Shown here: positions 8,773 to 19,444 of the stretch, piece by piece
Position numbering within the stretch: the stretch's first letter is position 1
Layout: every line of letters starts with the position of its first letter
DNA from: an uncultured Bacillota bacterium
GTDB taxonomy: Bacteria; Sysuimicrobiota; Sysuimicrobiia; Sysuimicrobiales; Segetimicrobiaceae
Direction of reading: 5' to 3'
DNA: 64,000 nucleotides
NCBI GenBank assembly: GCA_963804645.1
Contig: CAWDRG010000009.1
Location: 480,001-544,000 of the forward strand
Translations under genes and position numbers: made by a program
The notes under the pieces: model-generated
The model's database searches: none
What the model was told of the DNA's origin: nothing
What the model saw: the letters and a program-made list of their open reading frames with translations, nothing else

Positions 8773-10300
8773 TAGACAGGGAACAAGAGGAGTATCCCTT
8801 GCAGTCTACGAAGGGCATCTCCCAAATCTTTGTCCGATTGTATCAGGCCGTTGACATACTTAGATGCTGCCTCAGCAGCTTGTCTGTCGGTATAGTTAGT
8901 TGTCTCCCTGAGGGTCGTCACTATATCGATCTTCGCAGTAAGATAGCCAGTATGCCCTGTCGAATAAAATGCCGCGTAGATTCGGGCAAGAACAGAGAGA
9001 AGATCATCTATGATAAGCTTGACCTCGACATCGGTCTCATTCTTTTTGTTCTCTCGAGAAAAGCTTTCCAGGAAGGAAAATCACCTATGCTTAGTTGGCG
9101 CGCATAGAGATATTCGATTTGCTTGTACGTATCGTCTCGTTTGGCTTCGCCGTGGAAAGGGATGAAGAATCTGGAAATTCTCATCACGAAACGTTCGAAA
9201 ACGATTTTGAATTTCTTTAGCCGTTGCAAGAAGGCCTTCAAGTCGCACCTTCGCATCGCTTGTAGTTGGTTGCGCAAACGCTTTGACGTCGAAGGTTAAG
9301 ACGATCAGGTCTTTGGCCTCTTTCGAGAAGATTCACTTACTAGCTGTAAGACCGTGTCGCGACGCTATGACCGTCCATTTCTCTTGGTCTTTACGCAAGT
9401 CGATCCTAAAGAATACATCGTTGTCGGTTATTGTCGGTCGCAAGGCATTCCAGACAACGAATACGCTAGCTCCACTAGCAGGCTCTCCATTTGCGAAAAC
9501 CTTTCCAGCTGCGGTTATCATTTAGTGCCAGTTTCAGCGCCTCGTGTGAGAAGGTTCGTTGGTATAGCAGTAGCAATGGGCTACGTACGGATTGCCGCAA
9601 TGAGTGCAGCTGTGAGCGCCGAACTCGACACCCTAGGTAGAGTGCCGTATAAGGCTGTCCCAGCGGCACGAAGCCTACGATGACGAGGTAAAGCGCAGTT
9701 GGCTCCAGGATCCGAAGCTGGGCACGGACATTAGCAGAGAGATCGGGGATCTAAAGATTCCAAGATGGAGAGCTGAGAGAGAATGGGGCAGCCGCCGCTA
9801 TCAGACCAACCGTGAATAATATTGCAGTTACCTCTGTTGGGAAGCCAGAGAAGGGTGTATATGCTTTGCTTATCCACCGTCGACTCCGGCGACAGCGCCG
9901 CGGATATCATGCCGTGGTCTTTCCTATACCAGAGGGTCCTTCGATCACAAGCCCTCTGCCGGCGTGCGCAGCGCCACGAGTAGCGTATCGTATTCAGCCG
10001 GTTAAACAGAGGTGCAAGTCGGAACACCGATAGCGTGAAGACTCTTCTAGATTGGGTTTGGACACACGAGTTCCTCCCCAGACGAAGGTTTTGGCGAACT
10101 GTTCTGGGGTCTAGCCAGTCGATCCTTCCTAATCGAGCGATCTCATCAAGTTCCAAAGTGTGCCACGAGCATCACCGAGTCCACTATTAATAACTCAGCG
10201 CCTCCTGGTGGCGGCGATATAGTTGCTGAAGCATGGCTGGAGCTCGCTGTTCCGCCAGTCAACCATGCCCCCAAGAATGCGCCAAGCAGCGCCCATCATC
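8773..10300 (-). pseudogene. Low-GC decayed ORFs (secreted/membrane proteins of unknown function)
   Basis: Protein-like frames broken by stops and frameshifts (ITAAGKVFANGEPASGASVFVVW..., ...TDVEVKLIIDDLLSVLARIYAAFY...LLFPV*); visibly AT-richer than flanks. Confidence 0.45.
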
Positions 10301-10327
10301 GCACAGCCCGGGTCTCGAAGGCACCAC

Positions 10328-10924
10328 TCAGCGTGCGCGCACGACGATCCCGCTGCCCCGGACGAGCGTGCCGTGATAGAGAAACGCGATCTGCCGGAAC
10401 GTCGCGTGTTGGTCGAACTCCGTGAGCGCCGACACCGCGTCGACGGGCACGATCACGCGAAACCACCGGAGCGCCGCGCTCCCCGCCGTGTGGAGCACGC
10501 AGATGTTGCTCACGGTACCGACGATGATGAGCGTGTCGATCCGACGCCGGTGGAGTTCGTGTTCGAGCGGCGTCCCGTAAAATCCGTCGTAGCGCACCTT
10601 CCGCAGGACGAGGTCGCCCGCCCTGGGCGCGAGCTCAGGGACGATCTCGGCGCCCCACGTGCCCGCCTCGGCGTGCGGCCCCCACAGCGCCGCCTCGGGA
10701 TCGTCCGACTCGTGCCAGTCCTGCGTGTAGATGACCGGCATACCGGGGGCCCGCGCGGCGGCGAGGAGCCCCGCGATCACGGGGATGGTGTTCCCGGCGC
10801 CCGGCACGCAGAGGCGCCCTTCGGGATTGACGAAATCGTTCTGCATGTCCACGATCAACAGCGCCGTCGTCGCGGGGGCGACGTCGACGCGCGACTCGAC
10901 CGTGTACTCCGGAATCTGGATCAT
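10328..10924 (-). CDS. Isochorismatase/cysteine hydrolase family protein
   Basis: ALLIVDMQNDF, KVRYDGFYGTPL, GTVSNICVLHTA catalytic D-K-C triad motifs. Confidence 0.9.
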   Translation of the reverse strand: MIQIPEYTVESRVDVAPATTALLIVDMQNDFVNPEGRLCVPGAGNTIPVIAGLLAAARAPGMPVIYTQDWHESDDPEAALWGPHAEAGTWGAEIVPELAPRAGDLVLRKVRYDGFYGTPLEHELHRRRIDTLIIVGTVSNICVLHTAGSAALRWFRVIVPVDAVSALTEFDQHATFRQIAFLYHGTLVRGSGIVVRAR

Positions 10925-11345
10925 CGCGCTCCCCTTTCCCACCCAAGGATTCGTTGCGGCGAGTCGGATTCTGGAGAGCCCTGGGCTCCCTCGCGGAGAG
11001 TTGCATAGACTGTCTCTGCCGCCGGCTCGAGCCGTTGCCTTCCCGCCGCGAGCAGCGCCGCCTCGTTCGCCATCTTCATCAAATCCGCCGCTGAACCCTG
11101 GCGTCCGTCGCATCAGCGCGTCAGGTTCACGTCGTCGGCGATCGGCTCTCCAGTGCGTTGATGGACATCCGGCCAAAGGCAGCAGGGCGACAATCGGAGC
11201 TCGCAGCTCGGCTCGCCGTCCTGAAGATAGCAAGAATCCTCCGTGTTTGATGATCTCGACAGAGAATCTGGAGCAAGTTTCCAAACACATGATAGAGTAG
11301 GGTGGCGCAGTAACCAACGTGTCTACCCGATTGGGTCGCCAAGTC

Positions 11346-11534
11346 TTGCTAGCGCTGCGCGAAACGAACGGTGACGGAACAGGTTGGTGTCCGACGACGA
11401 GCACCGCGCGAACGTAACGAAGAGCCGAAGCCGACGGGGACGGCACGTGCGGGCGCAGCGTGATACGGGACGACAATATATGTTTGAAGCTCTTAACCCG
11501 GGCGTCGGGGGTTCGATCCCCCCACGGCCCGCCA
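11346..11534 (+). mobile_element. att-like module 3: degenerate arm plus tRNA-Lys(CTT)-type 3' half (11489-11534)
   Basis: TTGCTAGCGCT...GGGACGGCACG...CGACAAT, then GCTCTTAACCCGGGCGTCGGGGGTTCGATCCCCCCACGGCCCGCCA (43/46). Confidence 0.8.
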
Positions 11535-11598
11535 ATCACAAACTGCGTCCGGAGCGGCTTTGCGCTCTTCTCCACCCCCCCCGCCCGAAAGAGGGCGG

Positions 11599-11881
11599 AT
11601 GAGCCCATTTGTCGAACGCCATCATGAGCGTGCCGTGAAGGCCAGTGCGGTTCATCCTAACGCACATCTTCACATCTACGGGAGACTGGATGAAGCGGCT
11701 TTGGATAAGCCGTTGCGGGAATATGCAGTTCCCAACGCGGCGCATTCCTCTCGAAGCTGTCATTCTGTTGCTTGCTGACGAATTTGAGATTCCCTGCGCC
11801 ACGGAAGAGGTGGTTTGGCGTCCTGCATTGGCGGAGGCAGATCGACTGTTCCGAGAAATTGCCCATGATCCGCAGCCTTAG
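11599..11881 (+). pseudogene. Frameshifted fragment of a hypothetical protein
   Basis: HPNAHLHIYG in one frame continues as FPTRRIPLEAVILLLADEFEIP...W in another; directly after att module 3. Confidence 0.35.
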
Positions 11882-11991
11882 CCTACCGTGCGATAACTTA
11901 GAAGCCTGGATTTCCGTTTTATGACGGAGCGGAAACCGTGGAGATGCGTCGAACGCCTTGATCTGTGCGGGTTTGAGGGCGGTGGCGACAC

Positions 11992-12804
11992 ATGAGAGTC
12001 GTCGACAGCCACTGCCATGCCGCACTGGTTTGGTCCGAGCCCGTCGAGCTGTTGCTGCATCAGATGGACGCGAACAAGGTCGATCATGCGGTGTTGATCC
12101 AAATCAGCGGGATTACCGACAACCACTATCAGGATGACTGCGTGCGCCGCTTCCCCGGCCGCTTTGCCTCAGTGGTCGGCGTGGACGCAACGCGCTCCGA
12201 CGCATGCGACCAGCTACGGCGGCTGGCCGAACTGGGGGCGAGCGGGGTACGGCTCCGCGCCACGACTCGATCACCCGAGCCCGATCGGTGGGCGATCTGG
12301 CGGGCTGCGGCGGCTCTGGACCTCTCGGTCAGTTGCCTGGGGGCGCCGGGGGATTTCGTCGACGGGGAGTTCGTGCGCTTGGTGGAGGAGCGCTCAGATC
12401 TGCGTCTCGTGATCGAGCATCTCGGGGCGTCCAATCGTCCCGAGAACTACACGCTCGAGGAGCGGCGACGCGTCTTCGACCTCGCGCGCTTTCCGAACGT
12501 GTTTGTCAAGATTCATGGACTCGGGGAATTCTGCCCGCGACCTGTGCCGATGCGGGACCCTCCATTTCCGCCCACGATCCCGCCCCTGTTTGAGATGGCG
12601 TACGATGCGTTCGGGCCGGAGCGCATGATGTGGGGCAGCGACTTCCCGCCCGTCGCCGGCCGCGAAGGGTATCGCAACGCGCTCAAGTACGCGCTTGAGC
12701 GGTTCGCCTCCCGCAGCGAGCGCGATCGGGAGAGCATTTTCGGCGCGGTGGCGCTCCGGCTATTCCCGCTGCGGCCGGCTTCGCGGACGGGCACCGGCTC
12801 GTGA
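11992..12804 (+). CDS. Amidohydrolase_2 family (lactonase-like)
   Basis: VVDSHCH, IEHLG, FGPERMMWGSDFP. Confidence 0.88.
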   Translation: MRVVDSHCHAALVWSEPVELLLHQMDANKVDHAVLIQISGITDNHYQDDCVRRFPGRFASVVGVDATRSDACDQLRRLAELGASGVRLRATTRSPEPDRWAIWRAAAALDLSVSCLGAPGDFVDGEFVRLVEERSDLRLVIEHLGASNRPENYTLEERRRVFDLARFPNVFVKIHGLGEFCPRPVPMRDPPFPPTIPPLFEMAYDAFGPERMMWGSDFPPVAGREGYRNALKYALERFASRSERDRESIFGAVALRLFPLRPASRTGTGS

Positions 12805-12887
12805 CGCGGTGGGCCCCGGGACGTCGTGGCGTGTCGGTTGCCCAGGGCGGTACTCGGAGACAACCCCGGTCTAGATGCGAGGCGCGT

Positions 12888-13685
12888 CTAGCGCGTCAGG
12901 AACTCGGTGACCGGCACGAACGTGATCCCCGCGCGGCGGAACTCGGGCAGCATGCGCTGCACGACGTCGGGCGCGCCGGTCGAGATGTGGGCGCCTGCGA
13001 CCGCCCATCCCTGCCGCTCGGCAAGGGCGATGAGCCCGCGGACCTTGTCGGCGATGTGATCCGGCGGGATATCAAGGTACGTCGTGGTCGTCACGGTTGG
13101 CACGCCCAGACGGCGCGCCGTCTCGACATCGACCGACTCGGCCGTTTCCGGGTTTTCGAGGAACCACAGCCCGCGCGCCCTGAGGACTTCGAGGACGGCC
13201 GTCATGACGCGGCGATCGGCCGTCGCCAGCGACCCGGCATGATTGCTGACACCGACGACGCCGGGAACGCTGTCCAAGTCGCCCTCGACCACGCGCGCAA
13301 TCTCGGCGTCCGTCATCCGCACCCACACGGTGCCGGTCACCGGCCCGAGGTCCCCGGCGTGGACGGGCTCGAGCGGCAGGTGGAGGATCGGCGTCAGACC
13401 ATGCGCGGCAGCCGTGCGGGCGATCTCGGCCGAATCCCGCATGTGGGGAAAGATGCCGAGCCCGAACGGTTCGTGCATCGCGTAGATCGGCGCCAGCTCT
13501 GCGAGGCTCGCGCCAGCATGCTCGAAAACCAGCGCGACGCGGGGATGTTCGGTCCCGAACGCGTGCGGGGCCAGCAGCGCCAACCACACGCTGGCGATGA
13601 CTGCCGCGCGGCCCGCGGCGCGCGACAGAAGGCTTGGGCGGCGTCCCGCCACTCTCGTGCCGGTTCCTGAACACACGGCGCGCAT
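12888..13685 (-). CDS. Divergent polysaccharide deacetylase family (YibQ-like); start uncertain
   Basis: ILHLPLEP, GVSNHAGS, AVAGAH motifs; N-terminal hydrophobic segment. Confidence 0.8.
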   Translation of the reverse strand: MRAVCSGTGTRVAGRRPSLLSRAAGRAAVIASVWLALLAPHAFGTEHPRVALVFEHAGASLAELAPIYAMHEPFGLGIFPHMRDSAEIARTAAAHGLTPILHLPLEPVHAGDLGPVTGTVWVRMTDAEIARVVEGDLDSVPGVVGVSNHAGSLATADRRVMTAVLEVLRARGLWFLENPETAESVDVETARRLGVPTVTTTTYLDIPPDHIADKVRGLIALAERQGWAVAGAHISTGAPDVVQRMLPEFRRAGITFVPVTEFLTR

Positions 13686-13843
13686 GACCTGCACATTCCG
13701 TGTGCGCCATGCATGTTCCTCGGCGGCGGCCCGTACGCCGTCCGAATTAGTCGGAGGAGTTGAGGCGGCCGGGCCGTAGAGAAACCGGGGGCGCGCCACG
13801 GACGACGGGGCGCACCGCTGACTCGAGGAGAGAGGAGAACGGA

Positions 13844-15055
13844 GTGGGCGTCACAGCCAGGCCGTGGTGGTCGTGGATTCGCCGCGCGTCACGCCTCGTG
13901 ACCGCGATGGCGGTGCTCGTGTGCGCGCTGGGGTTGGGGGGCGCGGCCACCCGCGCCGCGAGCAGTCCGGGCACGGTGACGACGGTGCCGGGGATGCCGC
14001 CGGTCGTCGATCCGCGCAACATTTACAGCGAGACCGCTCCCGGGGACATCGCGCCCGAAGTTGCGAAGGATCTGCCGCGCGTGTACGTGCCAAACCTCCG
14101 ATCCAACGACGTCTACGTGATCGATCCGTCCACGTTCAAGGTGATCGACCGCTTCCCGGTGGGGGTCGAACCGCAGCACGTCGTCCCATCCTGGGACCTG
14201 CGCACGCTCTGGGTGACCAACAATGCGGAGGGCCTGCCCAACGGGAGCCTCACGCCGATCAACCCGCGCACCGGGAAGCCCGGTCCGGAGATCCCCGCGG
14301 ATGATCCCTACAACATGTATTTCACCCCGGACGGGGAGTACGCGATCGTCGTCGCGGAGGCGCGGAGGCGGCTGGACTTCCGCGACCCGCACACTATGGC
14401 CCTTCACGACTCCCTCAAGGTGCCGGGCTGCGACGGCATCAACCACGCCGACTACTCCATCGACGGGCGGTATGCGATCTTCACCTGCGAGTTTGGCCCG
14501 GGCCGCATCGCGAAGATCGATACCGTGCACCGCAGGATCCTGGGCTATCTGAGCCTCGGCTCGCACGACATGCCGCAGGACGTGCGCGCCGGGCCTGACG
14601 GGCGCACCTTCTTCGTGGCCGACATGCTGGCGGACGGGGTGTGGGTCATCGACGGCGACGCCTTCAAGAAGATCGGTTTTATCCCGACCGGCGTCGGCGC
14701 GCACGGCCTGTATCCGAGCCGCGACGCGACGAAGCTCTACGTCGCCGACCGCGGGTCGCACCTGATCCACGGCCCGCGCAACAGCCCGTACGGAAACGTG
14801 GCCGTGGTCGATTTCGCGACCCGCAAGGTCGTCGCGCGCTGGTCGGTTCCGGGCGGGGGCAGCCCGGACATGGGCAACGTCAGCGCCGACGGCCGCATCC
14901 TCTGGCTCTCCGGCCGGTTCGACGACGTCGCGTACGCCTTCGACACCACGACCGGAAAAGTCCGCAAGATCCCGGTCGGGCAGGAGCCGCACGGGATCGC
15001 GGTGTGGCCCCAGCCGGGGCGCTACTGCCTGGGCCACACGGGCATCATGCGCTGA
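13844..15055 (+). CDS. Secreted YVTN/YncE-type beta-propeller protein
   Basis: VYVPN, LWVTNN, LYVADRG repeats; IPVGQEPHG; signal peptide; GAGGAG RBS. Confidence 0.85.
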   Translation: MGVTARPWWSWIRRASRLVTAMAVLVCALGLGGAATRAASSPGTVTTVPGMPPVVDPRNIYSETAPGDIAPEVAKDLPRVYVPNLRSNDVYVIDPSTFKVIDRFPVGVEPQHVVPSWDLRTLWVTNNAEGLPNGSLTPINPRTGKPGPEIPADDPYNMYFTPDGEYAIVVAEARRRLDFRDPHTMALHDSLKVPGCDGINHADYSIDGRYAIFTCEFGPGRIAKIDTVHRRILGYLSLGSHDMPQDVRAGPDGRTFFVADMLADGVWVIDGDAFKKIGFIPTGVGAHGLYPSRDATKLYVADRGSHLIHGPRNSPYGNVAVVDFATRKVVARWSVPGGGSPDMGNVSADGRILWLSGRFDDVAYAFDTTTGKVRKIPVGQEPHGIAVWPQPGRYCLGHTGIMR

Positions 15056-15217
15056 CGCCTTCGTGACCGACCGGACGGCCGCCTCACGCGGCGGCGACAT
15101 CAGGGAGGGATGGACGTCAGCGTCATGCCGGGAGCGGCGAGACCGCCCGGAGGAATTCCCAGACGGAGCGCGTAGGTTACCGTGCGGAATTCGCACGCCC
15201 CGCTGGGAGGGACAGGC

Positions 15218-16819
15218 ATGGGGACTCCGTTCGGACGTGCACGGACATCGGTGGCTCTGGCGCTCGTCGCCGCGATGGTCGTCCTGGGCGTTGTCGTGGT
15301 GCCGGGCTCGATCACGGGATGGGCTGCGGGCCCGACGACCTTCGTCTGGGGGAAGTCCGGCGACGCGGACACGCTGGACAACAACGTCAGCTCAAACGGC
15401 GAAACCTCGGAGGTCACGACCCAGATCTTCAACCTGCTGGTTCGGGCGAAACCCGGCCGGACCGACATCGAGCCCGACCTGGCGACGAGCTGGTCGGTCT
15501 CGTCGGACGGCTTGATCTGGACGTTCCAGCTTCGCCACGGGGTAACGTTCCAGGACGGCACGCCATGGAACGCCGCGGCCGCAAAGTTCAACTTCGACCG
15601 CTGGTCCGACACGAACAACCCCTATCATGCCGTCAAGGGCACCGACTACTATTATTGGGACGACTTCATGGCCGCCACCTTCCAGGAGTCCAGGGTCGCC
15701 GGTCCCTACACCTTCCAGGTCATCCTCAAGAAGCCCAACGCACCGCTCCTCTACAATCTCTCGATCATCGCGTTCGAGTTCAATAGCCCGGCGTCCGTGC
15801 AGAAGTACGGCGGCGCCGGGGTCGGCCTGCACCCAGTGGGCACGGGCCCGTACAAGTTCGTCGAGTGGGTGCGGGACGACCACGTGACGCTAGACGCGAA
15901 TCCAGCGTTCTTCCGCAAGGGCCTGCCGAAGACACAGCGTGTGATCATGCGGGTCATCAAGGACAACTCGGCGCGGTTCCTCGCCCTTAAGTCAGGCGAG
16001 ATCCAGGCGATGGAGGCCCCCAACCCCGACGACGTCAAAGTCGCGCTGAACGACCCAAACCTGAAGGAGACCTTCCGGCCGGCGTTCAACATCGGCCTGC
16101 TGCGGTTCAACCTGAACTACGCCCTTTTCAAGGACAAGCGCATCCGCCAAGCGATGGTGTACGCGCTCAACCGCAAAGCGATCGTCGACGCGCTGTACGG
16201 CGGTTATGGCCACGTCGCCGAGCAGCACATGCCGCCACTGATGTGGGGACGCGTCTCGAACCCGCCGCAGTACGTGTACGACCCCGCCAAGGCAAAGCAG
16301 CTGATGGCCGAAGCCCAGTACCCAAACGGGTTCTCGTTCGACTTCTGGTACATCCCGGTCAGCCGGCCGTACTTCCCGAACGGCAAAGACATCGCGACCG
16401 CCGTCGCGAGCGACTGGGCCCAGGTCGGGATCCGCGCACACCTGCAGACCGAGGACTGGGCGACCTACCTCAAGGACGAGCTGACCAACCGCTTCCCGAT
16501 GTTCATGGGCGGATGGATTGGCGACAACGGCGATCCTGACGATTGGCTCGGGCACTTCTATCGGGCCTACGACCCCAACAACGCGTACCTCTCGTACAAC
16601 AACCCGGCCGTCGTGGACCTCGTGACGAAGGCCAAGGTGGTCACCGACCAGAATCAGCGGGCGCAGATGTACGCGCAGGCCGAGACGATGGTCCTCAACG
16701 ACATCCGGGACATCCCGCTGGCGCACGCCAGCGTCCCGCTCCTGCTGTGGAAGAACGTGCAGGGGCTGATCGGCCAGCCGGATGCGAACGAGTACATGGA
16801 ACTGGTCTGGCTGCAGTAG
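15218..16819 (+). CDS. ABC transporter peptide-binding protein (family 5, DppA-like), orphan
   Basis: IEPDLATSW, LRHGVTFQDGT, PVGTGPYKF, RPYFPNG; no permease genes adjacent. Confidence 0.92.
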   Translation: MGTPFGRARTSVALALVAAMVVLGVVVVPGSITGWAAGPTTFVWGKSGDADTLDNNVSSNGETSEVTTQIFNLLVRAKPGRTDIEPDLATSWSVSSDGLIWTFQLRHGVTFQDGTPWNAAAAKFNFDRWSDTNNPYHAVKGTDYYYWDDFMAATFQESRVAGPYTFQVILKKPNAPLLYNLSIIAFEFNSPASVQKYGGAGVGLHPVGTGPYKFVEWVRDDHVTLDANPAFFRKGLPKTQRVIMRVIKDNSARFLALKSGEIQAMEAPNPDDVKVALNDPNLKETFRPAFNIGLLRFNLNYALFKDKRIRQAMVYALNRKAIVDALYGGYGHVAEQHMPPLMWGRVSNPPQYVYDPAKAKQLMAEAQYPNGFSFDFWYIPVSRPYFPNGKDIATAVASDWAQVGIRAHLQTEDWATYLKDELTNRFPMFMGGWIGDNGDPDDWLGHFYRAYDPNNAYLSYNNPAVVDLVTKAKVVTDQNQRAQMYAQAETMVLNDIRDIPLAHASVPLLLWKNVQGLIGQPDANEYMELVWLQ

Positions 16820-16886
16820 CGGGCGGCACCGCGCTTTGCGCGGATCGTTCAAAGAAACACCCTGTTAGTCGCCCCACTTGGGATGC

Positions 16887-17701
16887 TTAGGACAGCCGGA
16901 GCGCCTTCGCGGGATCGATCTTCTCGAAGTCTTGTGCGAACGACACGAGGTAGTCGATCACGGCGGCCAATCGTTTTTTGCGCCCCGCTCCTTGAGCGCG
17001 GCGAGGGACGCCCAGTCTACCTCGGGCGCGCTCTCGAGGTCGACGTCCCAGCAGTCGACTGGAATGTGCACCTGTGCGCCTCGATACTCGAAAGCGCTGA
17101 ACCCGAGCGGTGTGATCGCGTCGCCGAATAGGTGCCGCAGCGGCGGGTTCACGCCCCACTCGCCCTTGAACACCCCTGGCCGCAGGTCGATCGTTTCCTC
17201 GCCCCCGACGGCCAGCGCGATGGCCAGGTCCCAGATGTGGGGGCCCTCTGGAAACGCGTCGGGGGACGTCACGTGGCGGACCTTCCACCACTCCACGATG
17301 GCAAGCAGCATCCCCAGCTCGCGCACGTTGCGGCCGGTCCGGATGAGCACCTCACGGTTGCCGCCGTGGCCGTTCAGGAAGATCACCTTGCGGATGCCGT
17401 TCTGATGGAGGCTCCGGCAGATGTCGGTGTACACCGCCTCGACGGTCTCCCGGTGGATGGTGATCGTTCCCGGATAGTGATCCATCTTGTCGTTCTCGCC
17501 GTACGGCAGCGCGGGCAGGGTGACGAGCCCCGTCCGCCTCCCGACCTGGTCGGCGATCCACGCGGTCGAGGTGGTGTCGAACCCGAGCGGGGTCGGACCG
17601 TGCGAATGCATCGTCCCCACGCCGATGAGCGCGGTGTCGGACCGCGCAAACGCCTCCTCCGCCTCCTTCCAAGACATTTCCTCCAGCCGGTGTTTGGTCA
17701 C
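16887..17701 (-). CDS. Creatininase family protein with a frameshift near the C-terminus
   Basis: LEEMSWKE, HGPTPLGFD, NGHGGN; C-terminal helix RLAAVIDYLVSF is out of frame after an A6 run at 16974-16979. Confidence 0.8.
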
Positions 17702-17907
17702 CCTGCCACCTCCGTTGTTCGGCCTTCCACCAACCCACTCGCAACCCAGTGCAACCCACTTGCTCCTACGCCCCAACGGCCGCGCCCTCCTTGAAACGAC
17801 GGTCAGAGTTTGCCGGCCAGACGCGGGACGAACATGGCGCGAAACCTCACTGAACAGGTGGGAGGTCGAACACCGGCACTGTGTCTTCTCAAAGCAAGTC
17901 CCACCGG

Positions 17908-18090
17908 TTGCAAACGCCTTGCAAACGAACGGCGCGGAACGGGATAGTACACATCGACACGGCATGACACAAGGTGAAGTCAGAACCCGCACGGGACGGT
18001 ACGCGCAGGCGCAGTTCGACGCTGGGCGACAATCGATGTGCCGAGCTTTTAGCCCGGGCGTCGGGGGTTCGATTCCCTCACGGCCCACCA
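17908..18090 (+). mobile_element. att-like module 4: arm repeats plus 46-bp tRNA-Lys 3' half (18045-18090)
   Basis: TTGCAAACgccTTGCAAAC, GACAC repeats, then GCTTTTAGCCCGGGCGTCGGGGGTTCGATTCCCTCACGGCCCACCA (44/46); ungapped alignment to module 1. Confidence 0.87.
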
Positions 18091-18525
18091 AAGTGGAAAG
18101 GGGGCGCGTCCCGAGCAAGCTTGGCGCCGTCCGACCACGCGGATGCCACCGCCGGAGGACGAACTGCGACCCCGTGCGCACCAGCGGCCTCAATCGTGCG
18201 ATCTGGTATGAGCAATGACGAGCGCACCACGCCACGGGAGGGCCTCCGCCGCAACGATTGTCAACCAAGCACAGTGGTGTGCTCGTCAGGCTCATACCAG
18301 ATCGGAGGCTATCTCTTCTCGCGCAGGTCGCGGGCGAACGACCGATGCGCTTCTGGGTGTCATTTTCGGGCTCGACCTTGATACGTCCGGGAAGGTCAAC
18401 GTTGGCGCTTCGATCTCGCGGCCTCAGCCTCCGTGCGCGTAACCGTCACCACGGGGGAGGTGGCGGCGAGCCCAAGACGGAATCCAATCGGGCTAGCCAG
18501 ATCAGTTGAGTCGGGAGGCGAGATC

Positions 18526-19443
18526 GTGCGTACGGGCTTTTTTCTCCCCCAAATCGGTCCGGCTGCGAGTCCCCGCGCGGTGGCGCAGGTTGCACAGCGC
18601 GCCGAAGCGCTGGGCTACGATAGCGTGTGGGTCACGGACCGGTTGCTGTATCCGCTTAGTCCCCAAACGCCGTACCCCGCGACCCCGGACGGTTCGCTGC
18701 CGGATGTGTACAAGCATGTCCTGGACCCTTTGCAGACCCTGACGTTCGTGGCCGCGGGCACCCAACGGATCGCGCTCGGGACGAGCGTGCTGGATATGCC
18801 GTTCTACAACCCCGTGCTGCTCGCGCGACAACTCACCACACTGGATGTCTTGTCAGGAGGCCGCTTGCGCGTCGGGTTCGGACAAGGGTGGTCCAAGGAT
18901 GAGTACGACGCCGTGGGTATCTCCCCACGGGGGCTGGGCCGGCGCGCGGACGAGTTTCTCCAGGTGCTCAAGACGATTTGGACCAGTGATCCTGTCGAGT
19001 TTCACGGTCGATACTTCCATATTCCCAGGTCCATCATCAAGCCCAAACCCGTCCAGAAACCTCATCCCCCAATCTACCTCGCGGCCTATTCTCCGGGTGC
19101 CCTGAAGCGGGCAGCGACCATGGCAAACGGGTGGCACCCCGTGGGGGTGCCGCTGGAAGGAATGCAACAGATGATCGCGGGCCTGCGGGAGATGGCGCGT
19201 GGGGCGGGACGAGACCCGGGGGCGCTCGAGATCGTCGTGCGCGCGAACCTTGCGATCACCCCTCGGCCGCTGGGCAAGGAGCGCTGGATTTTTGCCGGCG
19301 CCCGCGACGAGATTCAATCCGACATCCAGGCGGTCCGAGCTCTTGGTGCGCATGAGCTTGTGTTTGACGCCACGTTCTCGCCGGGAGTCGAGGCCGAGGG
19401 TGACTTCCTTAAGATCGCGGAGGAGATGCGCCGCATGGTCTGA
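18526..19443 (+). CDS. LLM-class (luciferase-like, probably F420-dependent) oxidoreductase
   Basis: AEALGYDSVWV, DPLQTL..VA, LGTSVL, TLDVLSGGRL, PKPVQKPHPPI. Confidence 0.9.
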   Translation: MRTGFFLPQIGPAASPRAVAQVAQRAEALGYDSVWVTDRLLYPLSPQTPYPATPDGSLPDVYKHVLDPLQTLTFVAAGTQRIALGTSVLDMPFYNPVLLARQLTTLDVLSGGRLRVGFGQGWSKDEYDAVGISPRGLGRRADEFLQVLKTIWTSDPVEFHGRYFHIPRSIIKPKPVQKPHPPIYLAAYSPGALKRAATMANGWHPVGVPLEGMQQMIAGLREMARGAGRDPGALEIVVRANLAITPRPLGKERWIFAGARDEIQSDIQAVRALGAHELVFDATFSPGVEAEGDFLKIAEEMRRMV

Positions 19444-19444
19444 C

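Noticed and set aside
5065..18090. Additional functional tRNA-Lys genes at 5065, 11489 and 18045
   Set aside because: Only 3' halves are present; the upstream sequence cannot form the acceptor or D arms.
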